Shown here: piece after piece, positions 42,640 through 53,600 of the stretch
How positions within the stretch are numbered: position 1 is the stretch's first letter
Layout of the letters: each line of letters starts with the position of its first letter
DNA from: Bugula neritina
Taxonomy: Eukaryota > Animalia > Bryozoa
Direction of reading: 5' to 3'
DNA length: 64,000 nt
Assembly (NCBI GenBank): GCA_964035545.1
Contig: OZ037767.1
Span: 259,680 to 323,679 of the forward strand
Notes under the pieces: model-generated
The model's input: the letters and a program-made list of their open reading frames with translations, nothing else
Databases searched by the model: none
Told to the model about the DNA's origin: nothing
Position numbers and translations under genes: made by a program

Positions 42640-43135
42640 AAATACTGTACTCTACACTACTGTACCCAACACTACTGTACCCTACACTACTGTACCCTAC
42701 ACTACTCTACCCTACAATACTCTACCCTACACTACTGTACCCTACACTACTGCACCCTACAATACTGTACCCTACACTACTCTACCCTACACTACTGTAC
42801 CCTACACTGCTGTACCCTACAATACTCTACCCTACACTGCTGTACCCTACAATACTGTACCCTACAATACTGTACCCTACACTACTGTACCCTACACTGC
42901 TGTACCCTACACTACTGTACCCTACAATACTCTACCCTACACTACTCTACCCTACAATACTGTACCCTACAATACTCTACCCCACAATACTGTACCCTAC
43001 ACTACTCTACCCTACAATACTGTACCCTACAATACTCTACCCTACACTACTCTACCCTACACTACTCTACCCTACAATACTCTACCCTACACTACTCTAC
43101 CCTACAATACTCTACCCTACACTACTCTACCCTCC
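42640..43135. repeat. 15 bp minisatellite (taccctaca[c/a]tact[g/c])
   Basis: Tandem repeat; source of the YCTLH ORF. Confidence 0.92.
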
Positions 43136-43904
43136 ATCATCCCATGCTCCAAGTTTAGGTAACAAGTAGAGAAACTGAGTAAGTTAACTCAAGTTCTGTA
43201 ACTCAAGTATAGACTAGATGTACTTGACAGCAACTTGAAAACTCAAGTAAAACCAATCAACAACAAATTTACAATAGATATTAAATAATCCATTATTGTA
43301 GAAGATTGGGTAATATATTAACATAGTATACAACAAATATTCTTAATAATATAATAAATATAATGCAAACTCTAAGAGTGACTGTAAAATCAATAAATAT
43401 TAAGTGAAGTGCAGAACAAGAATATGAGCTGAATCAGGTGTGATACTCAGCATAGTGCTAAGAACGTAGCCCAGCCTGTTAGATACTCCACAATCCACAT
43501 ACAACTTGTCTTATTGATAAATATAATTAATTGCTAATAGAAATATCACAAATAGTTGTGTCAAAGTCCCTCACTCTTGCAGCAAACACTACATACAAAG
43601 TTACTCTGTGTAAACCACATGGTAACAGTTACAGTCTAATATATTAATATGTCGCCCACCTGCATCCGAGTGTCATGCTATACTGAAAGTGTGCAGCATA
43701 TCAAACCCTGTAGGAGTTGACAGCACAATAGTCTACGCTGCTGCTATACAGCTAGTGCTGCCTTGTGTGGCCCCATACATTATTGAACATAGTATAAACA
43801 AAAGCACACTTCCCCATCTGCACTGCGTTATCTTAAGTAATTAATAAACATTGTAATAATTATAGTTTACATGTGATAGATTGGGTATCCTAGCAGACAA
43901 TGGA

Positions 43905-44648
43905 CACTCTACATAGTATATCTACAGTATAATATAGTACAGTGTATATCTACAGTATATAGCATATAGTGTATATCTACAGTATATAGTATAGTGTATA
44001 TCTACAGTATATAGTATAGTGTATATCTACAGTATATAGTATAGTGTATATCTACAGTATAATATAGTACAGTGTATATCTACAGTATATAGTATAGTGT
44101 ATATCTACAGTATATAGTATAGTGTATATCTACAGTATATAGTATATAGTGTATATCTACAGTATATAGCATATAGTGTATATCTACAGTATATAGTGTA
44201 TAGTGTATAGTTGATGCTGTAGTTTACAAACAGAAGCAAATTGTACAGCTTCAGTTGAAAGGGCATTAGCAGTGTGGGGAGTTTTCTGTCCATATTACAC
44301 AAACATTCAGAAAAGGAGACAACTTCTAATTACGAAAAACAAGTACATTATAGTATAGTTATTTCAAAGCCATTTTAATAGCATAGTTAATACACACAGT
44401 ACATACACAGTATAGTACAGAGTGTTATAGTTAATACACACAGTATATACACAGTATAGTAAAGAGTGTTATAGTTAATACACACAGTACATACGCAGCA
44501 TAGTAAAGAGTGTTATAGTTAATACACACAGTACATACACAGTATAGTAAAGAGTGTTATAGTTAATACACACAGTACATACACAGTATAGTAAAGAGTG
44601 TTATAGTTAATACACACAGTATATACACAGTATAGTAAAAAGTGTTAT
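43905..44648. repeat. Two adjacent minisatellites (~27-30 bp tatctacagtatatagtatagtgta; 43 bp atagttaatacacacagtacatacacagtatagtaaagagtgtt)
   Basis: Arrays at 43905-44210 and 44383-44648. Confidence 0.85.
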
Positions 44649-44737
44649 TTTCCTATGAATACTAAAGCTAAATTTTCTTCTGATCTGAAAGTAATGTGAG
44701 TAGTTTAGAAAAGGTATTTCATAATATTTCATACTCA

Positions 44738-45215
44738 CTGTGTGTAGAGGTCAGTGTATCTGTGTGTAGAGGTTAGTGTATCTGTGTGTAGAGGTCAGTG
44801 TATCTATGTGTAGAGGTCAGTGTATCTGTGTGTAGAAGTCAGTGTATCTGTGTGTAGAGGTCAGTGTATCTGTGTGTAGAGGTCAGTGTGACTGTGTGTA
44901 GAGGTCAGTGTGACTGTGTGTAGAGGTCAGTGTGACTGTGTGTAGAGGTTAGTGTGACTGTGTGTAGAGGTCAGTGTATCTGTGTGTAGAGGTCAGTGTA
45001 TCTGTGTGTAGAGGTCAGTGTATCTGCGTGTAGTGGTCAGTGTATCTGTGTGTAGTGGTCAGTGTATCTGTGTGTAGTGGTCAGTGTATCTGTGTGTAGA
45101 GGTCAGTGTATCTGTGTGTAGAGGTCAGTGTATCTATGTGTAGAGGTCAGTGTATCTGTGTGTAGAGGTCAGTGTATCTGTGTGTAGAGGTCAGTGTATC
45201 TGTGTGTAGAGGTCA
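44738..45215. repeat. 22 bp minisatellite (gaggtcagtgtatctgtgtgta) starting at the NTAQ1 stop codon
   Basis: About 21 copies in the NTAQ1 3' UTR or downstream region. Confidence 0.92.
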
Positions 45216-47312
45216 GTTACTGTATCTATGATTGAGTTGCTGTAGAGTCAATACTTCCCCCAGCCACACTGGTGTATCTGAACAATTCATGCTGATGAAT
45301 GACTGAAGGTTGTTGGAACTGCCTGCAATACATTTATTAATATAATTATTATATTATATTATTTTACTATGTTATATTATATTGCATAATCAACAAATTA
45401 TTGCATATTTTGTATAAATTTGTTGTTGAAAGAATAAATCAACTTGCTATATGTATCTAAAACGAGAAGTTTGGGGGTAAGTAGATATAACTGAGTGAAC
45501 TTACTATTAGATAGGATAGAGGAGTAAGTAGATATAACTGAGTGAACTTACTATTAGATAGGATAGAGGAGTAAGTAGATATAACTGAGTGAACTTACTA
45601 TTAGATAGGATAGAGGGGTAAGTAGATATAACTGAGTGAACTTACTATTAGATAGGATAGAGGAGTAAGTAGATATAACTGAGTGAACTTACTATTAGAT
45701 AGGATAGGGAGGTAAGTAGATATAACTGAGTGAACTTACTATCAGATAGGATAGGGGAGTAAGTAGATATAACTGAGTGAACTTACTATTAGATAGGATA
45801 GGGAGGTAAGTAGATATAACTGAGTGAACTTACTATTAGATAGGATAGGGGGTAAGTAGATATAACTGAGTGAACTTACTATTAGATAGGATAGGGGGGT
45901 AAGTAGATATAACTGAGTGAACTTACTATTAGAGAGGATAGAGGAGTAAGTAGATATAACTGAGTGAACTTACTATTAGATAGGATAGGGGAGTAAGTAG
46001 ATATAACTGAGTGAACTTACTATTAGATAGGATAGGGAGGTAAGTAGATATAACTGAGTGAACTTACTATTAGATAGGATAGAGAGGTAAGTAGATATGA
46101 CTGAGTGAACTTACTATTAGATAGGATAGAGGAGTAAGTAGATATAACTGAGTGAACTTACTATTAGATAGGATAGAGGGGTAAGTAGATATAACTGAGT
46201 GAACTTACTATTAGATAGGATAGGGGGGTAAGTAGGGGGTGGAGACATCCACTCGCCGTCCTCTTTAACCATGTGAGATCGGTCAGAGGCAAAGTGCAGT
46301 AAGAAATCCTCAGCCTTCACAATCCGGAACTTTCTGCAGCACATGAAGTTTACTTACTGTATACTTACTATATGCTTACTATATACTTACTATATGCTTA
46401 CTATATACTGACTATACACTTACTATATACTTACTATATACTTACTATACACTTACTATATATTTGCTATATACTTACTATATACTTACTATATACTTAC
46501 TATACACTTACTATATACTTGATAAATGTTGTAAAATTTTGAGTGAAAAATCAGCTAGTATAGTACCACATACCAAATACTCACCTATGGTACTGAGGCT
46601 TCAGCACATCATCAGATTGAAAAGACTGAGAACTATACTCTGTGAAGCTACACGGGAAGGGTAGTCTAGTGTCAAGGTCATATATGATAGCCCCAGAACT
46701 TCTCTTTACTGCTAGTATGACATGATAATCCTGCAGGGGATAACACACTCACTCAATGTCTACTACTCTACAATACTATGTGTCCTCTACTATACTTACT
46801 ACTCTATAATACTATGTGTCCTCTACTATACTTACTACCCTACAAGGGAGTTTACTATTTGTCATTCCCCACTCTTCATTACATATAAGAAGGTATCTAA
46901 AGGTAATAGTTAGCTACCCAGACTACAGGAGCTGCCGCATTAGACGCTGACCGCTGACACCAGATAGGAACAGCTCGAATCTCATTTGATATAAATATCA
47001 CATCAGCATCTGCGATCTTGTCTCCTGCCTTCTTATTGGATAGATTGTGACACATCCACCATACATTTTCTTCGCTATAGTTGGTTAGAGTAAAACAATT
47101 ACACCACATTAAAGATGTCATAACTATATAATGATAATATATTCGCACAAATAACAACTTTAAATCTTGGTAGCTTAAAATTGCCATAATTTAAATTTTT
47201 CATCTTTCAAGTATGTCACAATATAGGTTATGCATTTCTTTATATGTGGAAGCAATTTCAAATATCGCCCTTACCAGTAACATTTTGTATATTTGCAGTC
47301 TTCTTTCAACAT
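45213..47312 (-). CDS. NTAQ1: Protein N-terminal glutamine amidohydrolase (WDYHV1)
   Basis: Exons 47275-47312, 46918-47074, 46585-46730, 46209-46333 and 45213-45322 give [13 protein letters not shown]|EENVWWMC...[15 protein letters not shown]...PVVW|DYHVIL...[12 protein letters not shown]...|[21 protein letters not shown]...PPPTYPPI...|[10 protein letters not shown]...*. The WDYHV motif and the catalytic Cys/His/Asp are present and all phases are consistent. Confidence 0.95.
45477..46232. repeat. 47 bp minisatellite made of the NTAQ1 exon-4 3' end plus 5' splice site
   Basis: About 16 copies of (minus strand) cctatcctatctaata|gtaagttcactcagttatatctacttac. Confidence 0.93.
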
Positions 47313-49584
47313 CTCACGTGCCTTTTAAACTTCTGGTTGTAACCTACAAGTACAACAATCGAATTTAATTGAACATTAAAAACAATAACAACATGTTATT
47401 ATTGTCTTTGATGTATTTGATGTTATCAATTTGAGTCTCGACTGTTCGTCAAGCTCAATTTTTTTATTAAGTTGCATTACTAATATTTCACACATAAATG
47501 CAGCAATGCTTACGCCAAATGAAGTATAACAATACATTAATAAAAAGGTAGCCTATGATAATGAAAAATAATATAAATTTACAACTTAAAAGTCCTTCAT
47601 ACACTACCAAATCTATGGTTTTACAACTATTAACTATGGGAATTTTGCTAACAATTCAAAAAACTTCGCGTAAACTTCTTTTAAATTGAAAATGAATGTT
47701 TTAAATAATAAATAAATTACCATCATTATCATGTTGATGTTAAGACAGGTTACTGTTGGAAAAGTTGAAAACATTTATTTTCAGAAATCATACTGATAAA
47801 AAGGTACAACTTCATGAATCGTCAACAAGTTACAAATTCGTGATTAAATATATTGTAAAAAATGACAGCTTGACCAAAAATATTAAAACCACCTACTGCA
47901 AAATAAAGTTCACAGACTACATTATGATTATATTTTACAAGTTCCAAGACCAAAGTGAAAGATTGCGTTTATTTTTGGTGCAGACGACACCGACTGCAGA
48001 CGCTGAAATTAAAATGCTCCAAATAGCTATTATCCTTTATATTGTATAACTATATTAATATTTACATTTACAAAATTTTTCAATTGTGTAGACATTTTTA
48101 TTTTGTTAATTAATAAAACTAAATTATATTTAGCTTTATATTTTTAGTTTATGTTTTAGTCATTTAAAATTAATTTATTTATGAAACTAAGAGTAAAACT
48201 GAATAATTTTTGTGACCATTAATTTTTATCATTATACTGCGTTTAGCACATACTTATGTATTAAAGTTAAAGCTAAATAACGTAAATAAAAGCTTTAAAA
48301 TAGTCATTGAGTTTGACCATTGTTAAAATGCTATACTTGTCACCTCAATATTGTTATTATGTAGGAGGTCGCTAGAAGCAACACCGATTTTGGAGTGACT
48401 GAGTACAGTATTTGTATACTTGTAATGCTACTGATAAACTGCACTAAATCACCCCCAACATGGTGCTTCGTCAAGCGATTTTTGTTGCAATATTGCAAAG
48501 ATAGCTAAATCTTGTAGATAGGCGTTACTATGCGAAGCTCAAGAACGTTGGTTGCTTAGAGTTTGTAGCTGTTGCTAAGTTCAAGGTTACGTATCATCGA
48601 TTCAATTACTATAATTTGCATATTTCTATCCTAATCGGTGTGGTATATTTAAGAGTGTTGACTTTAAACCATGAAAAATCATTATGTCGCTAATGGTACC
48701 GCAAGTTTATATAAGTTATAAAGGAAAAATTTTGCCACTTTTGTGATTTTATTTTTTTTTATATTATGTGTCCATTTTTTTTAGTTTTGTTTATTGGTAA
48801 AGTTTTTAAACATATTTTCAATACATATAAAATTTAAAAAAAAATTAAAACTTAATCATGCACGTAAATACAAAGCTATAAAGTTTAAGCTTCGCTGTGA
48901 TTACAATGTGAATATGAATTGAATAATGCTTGCAATAACCATTTTACACAAAATACGTTACAGTTGCTATAAATGTAAGACTAGTAAATTGGATGCAAAT
49001 AGGCACAGTTGTTATAATTTTCAGATTTAGGGTTGATGTGCCACCAAGAGAGTCTATTTAACACTAGAGAAACTTCACCAGTTAAGTCGAGTAGATATCG
49101 TTATATTTAATACAAGAATACATAATAAAAATCCAATGTACAACAGTAATGATATGCACGTCTATTTAGTTTACAGCACTATCCTCAACTGAGCTAGTAG
49201 CGCGAAGCGGCTACTATTACTTATCAAACAGCTTAGCTAATTGGCTAATACATTGTTCCGGGTCAATACGCAACCTTGCGTATTGTGTTGCTGGTAGCTC
49301 CACGAGCCACCACACTGCCCCCTCCAGCAGAAAGCCCACTTTCTGATAAAATAAGATTCACATAAAAAAACGTATACTTCGTTGTGGGGGGCAAGAGAAC
49401 AGTATAAAAGTATATACAAAAAAAAAACAACAACTGGTAAAAAATATACAGGTATATATAACGTGCACTAAGTAATAAGCAAGAGAGGACCCTATCTACA
49501 TATAGAGTACGTGCCACCATTACGGTAGGGAATGCCACAGAGAGGTAGGGGAATGAGTAGTAGGGAGTTGTAGGTAGACTCGAG

Positions 49585-50658
49585 TTAACTGCGGGCCGCA
49601 CGCTTCATGCGTTTAATAGACTCCTGTAAGTATTTGAGTTCACTGGATGCTGCCTGTACCCGTGGGGCCAGCCTGTACACTTCTTGCTCCAAGTCATGCG
49701 CCCTAGCTTCTACCTCACGTAGGTTACGGGCCCAGGGGGACGAGCGAGAGGAAGTTGGCTGCCTGTGTCTTTTCCGCTCTGAGGATGGAAGGGGAGGAGG
49801 GAGTGTATACGCATTTGTGTCTACTCTCTGTAGTACGACACGAGGAAAGGTATGCGGCATGCGTATAGGACTGTGAGGTGGAGAGTTAGTAGACTGTGTA
49901 GGTTTATCTGCGGCTCCAGAGATGATGGGTCGCGGGGAAGGGAAGCCTTGCTCCAGGCGAGATAGCCGAGCTGAGTCAGTGATGAGTGGTTTGATGGCGT
50001 TGAGAAAGGCAGGATAGGATGATTCGTCTACTTCATAGACATGCCCTTGATAACACTGCATAGTACGTTGGTGCCGCAACAGGTAATCACGATTGTAGCT
50101 ATATTCTCCGCAAGGGCAGAAAGTGGTGATGTAGTGTTGCGGCAAGTGTACTTTTAGTCTGCGGTGGGTCGTGAATCGCTGCTGGCAGAGGTTGCATTCA
50201 CGATTACCCTCACCTCCTTGATGGGTCCTGATCTCTCTCTCTGTGGCAGGGGTAATCCAGTTGGAGGTTGCTTCCAACTGGGGTGGCAGTTTCCTGGTGG
50301 TAGAAGTTGTTGGGGCCGGCTCTGAGTCCCACGCCATCTCTAGAGAAGGCATGCCCGGAGAGACGGGCGCGAGTGTGTCTACAAAAGTAGAATTAGTGTT
50401 AGATCGCGGTGGATCTTTACAACCTAATTCTAGTGACTGTCGACCGTTGCTAGCCTGAGAGTCACTGCTTTTGGAATGCACTCGAGGAACTGATGAATCA
50501 TGTGTGGACTGACCAAGAACAGTGTCTAGCTCCAGGTCTAACAGACCATCGGCCATTACAGTGTCTTCATCGTCATTCACATGAAACGTGGTTCCCAGTA
50601 ATTCTGATTCAATCTGCTGAATTAGTTCAGAATCTACTGGCATCGAGCCCGTTTCCAT
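49585..50658 (-). CDS. Retrotransposon ORF3: acidic N-terminus, C2H2-type zinc fingers, basic patch, C-terminal coiled coil
   Basis: 357 aa open ORF starting 18 bp after the pol stop. CNLCQQRFTTHRRLKVHLPQH is a C2H2 finger and FCPCGEYSYNRDYLLRHQRTMQC is finger-like. It also has RKRHR and a heptad-like stretch LREVEARAHDLEQEVYRL...LKYLQESI. No signal peptide or TM segment. Confidence 0.8.
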   Translation of the reverse strand: METGSMPVDSELIQQIESELLGTTFHVNDDEDTVMADGLLDLELDTVLGQSTHDSSVPRVHSKSSDSQASNGRQSLELGCKDPPRSNTNSTFVDTLAPVSPGMPSLEMAWDSEPAPTTSTTRKLPPQLEATSNWITPATEREIRTHQGGEGNRECNLCQQRFTTHRRLKVHLPQHYITTFCPCGEYSYNRDYLLRHQRTMQCYQGHVYEVDESSYPAFLNAIKPLITDSARLSRLEQGFPSPRPIISGAADKPTQSTNSPPHSPIRMPHTFPRVVLQRVDTNAYTLPPPLPSSERKRHRQPTSSRSSPWARNLREVEARAHDLEQEVYRLAPRVQAASSELKYLQESIKRMKRAARS

Positions 50659-50675
50659 GAATAGGAATACAAGAC

Positions 50676-53600
50676 TTATACTGGCTTACCTGGGAACTCG
50701 GTATTAATGTCCATACTCAACGTTCTTGGTAAGGTTGGAGCTGGTTGTGAGATACGTCTGCCTTTGGCGTTGTCAGCATAAGAAAAGGCTGAGCATCGTT
50801 TCTGAGGCACGAGGTCGGAACTATTTGCTTTACGCGCATTAATTCCTCCCACTATTCCGCCCTCGCAAAAGTTGATATTTGCGTGGGGTTCACAACTCCA
50901 ACATTTTATCGTACGGTTTTCCCCTAGACTTTCATGTGCGCCGCTTCTAATGCAGTCACATATGAAGTCTTTCAAATACGGTGGGGGCTTCCTCGTACGC
51001 TGTCCCCTTTCTAGGGGGGGTGACACGCTTGCCGGTTCGTTAGTAGGGGCCTCTAATGGCGTCTCTACTTCACCGTTAGTGGTCACCTCTTCTTGTTCTC
51101 CGGATGGAGCCCCTCCCTCCGTGGGGGTTTGCACTTCCGGAACCGGCTCGGTTTCTGGAAGTGATGGAATTAGACTTGGCGGTGGCGGACACACTTCTGT
51201 TGGCAAAAGCTGCCGCTCCTCTCTCACCAAGTTTTCCTCCCGCGGTATGACCACTTCGTATTCAGGTCCATGCCGCCGTCGCCTGCGCGTCGTTGTCTGC
51301 CTCCTGGGCTCTAACAACGGGGGGGCTTCTCCCACTCCGTCAGGGCTAGCCCAATACGGTTTCAAGCGAGACTCATTCTGGATAGACACCTGTCCTGAGC
51401 GCTCAATCTTGTACGTATGATTGGGCATAGCCTCGACGACCACGTAGGGGCCTACGAACTTAGTCTTCAGCTTATCAGCCTGTCCGCGGCGCCTACGGTA
51501 ATTGACCATCCACACCTTATCTCCTCTTTGATAGAGGGGTGGTTCATCGGAATCTTCGTGCCGCACCTTCCACTGCTGTTGACGCAGTATCTCGTGTGCG
51601 GCCTTCATCCGTTCCACTAGTTCACTGGCATACTCGTGGACTGAGTTATCCTGCTCTGGAACGTGATAGGTGAGATGGTCAGGGACACGAGTCTCTCTCC
51701 CGAGCATCAAGAGGTTTGGGGTCTCACCAGTACTGGTGTGTGGGGTGCTACGGTATGCACGCATGACTTGCGGCAACACCGTATCCCATTCCTCTTGACC
51801 TCGTCCAAGGAGGAGACTCCGGAGTGCATCACCTAGCATCCGGTTGTTGCGCTCCACCACCCCGTTACCTTGAGGGTGGTAGGGGGTGGTCCTGCTCTGA
51901 TTTACTCCCCAGAGGTGGCAAAGGTCGCTCATCAGTTGAGACTGGAATTGAGCGCCTTGATCAGAGTGTATCTGTTCGGGAAGCCCAAAATAACAGAATA
52001 CATGTTGGTCTAGTGCCCTGGCCACTGTTGGGGCTGATGCATCTGGGATAGCCAGAGCATCCGCCCACCTAGTAAAGTGGTCGGTTAGTACTAGGATCCA
52101 ATTATTGCCTCTGGGGGTCAGGGGCATGGGTCCGACCAGGTCTACAGCGACCACTTGCCAGGGCCTACCAGCATATAGCCTCCGCCGTCCTGCTTCACCA
52201 GGGGGGCGGCTATGCTTACTGGCCTGGCAGATCTCACACTGTTTGACTCTGAGCCGGACGTCACGCTCCATCTGCGGCCAATACCACCGGAGTCGTAATT
52301 TGGATATCACTCGCTTGACCCCTGCGTGGGCCTGCTTGTGAGTATCCCAAATCAACTCACGGCGGATGGCTGTGGGGCAGACTACCCTCTTCCTTTCCGG
52401 GTGTCTGCCGCTGGCAGCTAGAGAGATGGTTAGCAACCCATCCTGCCCGATCCGCAGCGAGTCCCAACGCTGACAGTATAGCCGGAACTCGGCGCATCCC
52501 TGTCGTATGCGTTCCTCGCTGGGTCGTCGCCCTTCCCTTTTGGCCCGGTAGATGTCTGCCACGACTCCCGGCAGCTCTTCTTGGAGCTTCTTCAGCTCTC
52601 GAACATTACCGGCCAGTACAGGGTTGGCGCGGAGGTTTTGTACATCCTCCGGGGACTCATCAACTCTTTGCCTGAGTTGACCTTGATCCCAGTCAAACGG
52701 TGCTCCGTGATGAGCCAGCGTCTCCAACTCGCATCGTGGGGGACCTCCATCCCTCCTCTCGATGTTGAGACACTGTTTGCAACCTCCGTCAGGTCGGCGA
52801 CTCAACCCATCCGCATTGCTGTGTCTCTTGCCCGGCCGGTGTTCGATCCGGTACGAGAATTCAGCTAGGATTTCGAGCCACCGGGCGACCTGACTGGAGG
52901 GCTCTGCTCTCCTGCACAGCCAGATCAGCGAGGCATGATCCGTACGCAGCCGGAACTTCCTGCCATATAGGTATGGTCTGAAGTGCTTCACTGACTTGAT
53001 TACTGCCAGCAGCTCCTTGCGGGTAGTGCAGTAATTTCGTTCAGCGGGAGAGAGAGACTTGCTGTAGTAGGCTACTACTACTTCTCGGCCTTCCTGCACT
53101 TGCGACAGCACAGCGCCAACATTCTGGTCACTGGCGTCTGTGTCTAGGATGTACTCCAGAGTGGGGTCTGGGTAGGCCAAGATGGGCGCCGTTAGGAGGC
53201 AGCCCTTGAGGCGGTCGAACGCTTCTTGTTCGACTGGAGTCCACTGCCACGTCACTCCCTTTGCGGTGAGCCGGTTTAACGGCTGGGCTATGCCCGCAAA
53301 GTCTGGTATGTATTGCCTGTAATACCCTACCAGCCCCAAGAAAGCCCGGAGTCCGGTCAAGTCTTGGGGGGTGACCCAGTCTTCTACTGCCCGTACCTTT
53401 TCGGGATCCGTTGCCACGCCGTTTCGACCGACAACGTGCCCCAGATACTTGACCTCCGGCTGCAATAGAGCGCACTTGGAAGGTTTGAGCTTAAGACCGG
53501 CACCTCGGAGTCTCTCGAAAACCTCCTGCAGACGACTGACATGTGTCTCGAAGTCTGGAGAGATTACGATGACATCATCGAGGTAGACCAGCAGTGTCTT

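Noticed and set aside
14560-46232. Regular repeat arrays as possible CRISPR arrays
   Set aside because: Head-to-tail units with no unique spacers, a eukaryotic context and no cas genes.
49585-50658. ORF3 as env
   Set aside because: No signal peptide, fusion peptide or transmembrane anchor.
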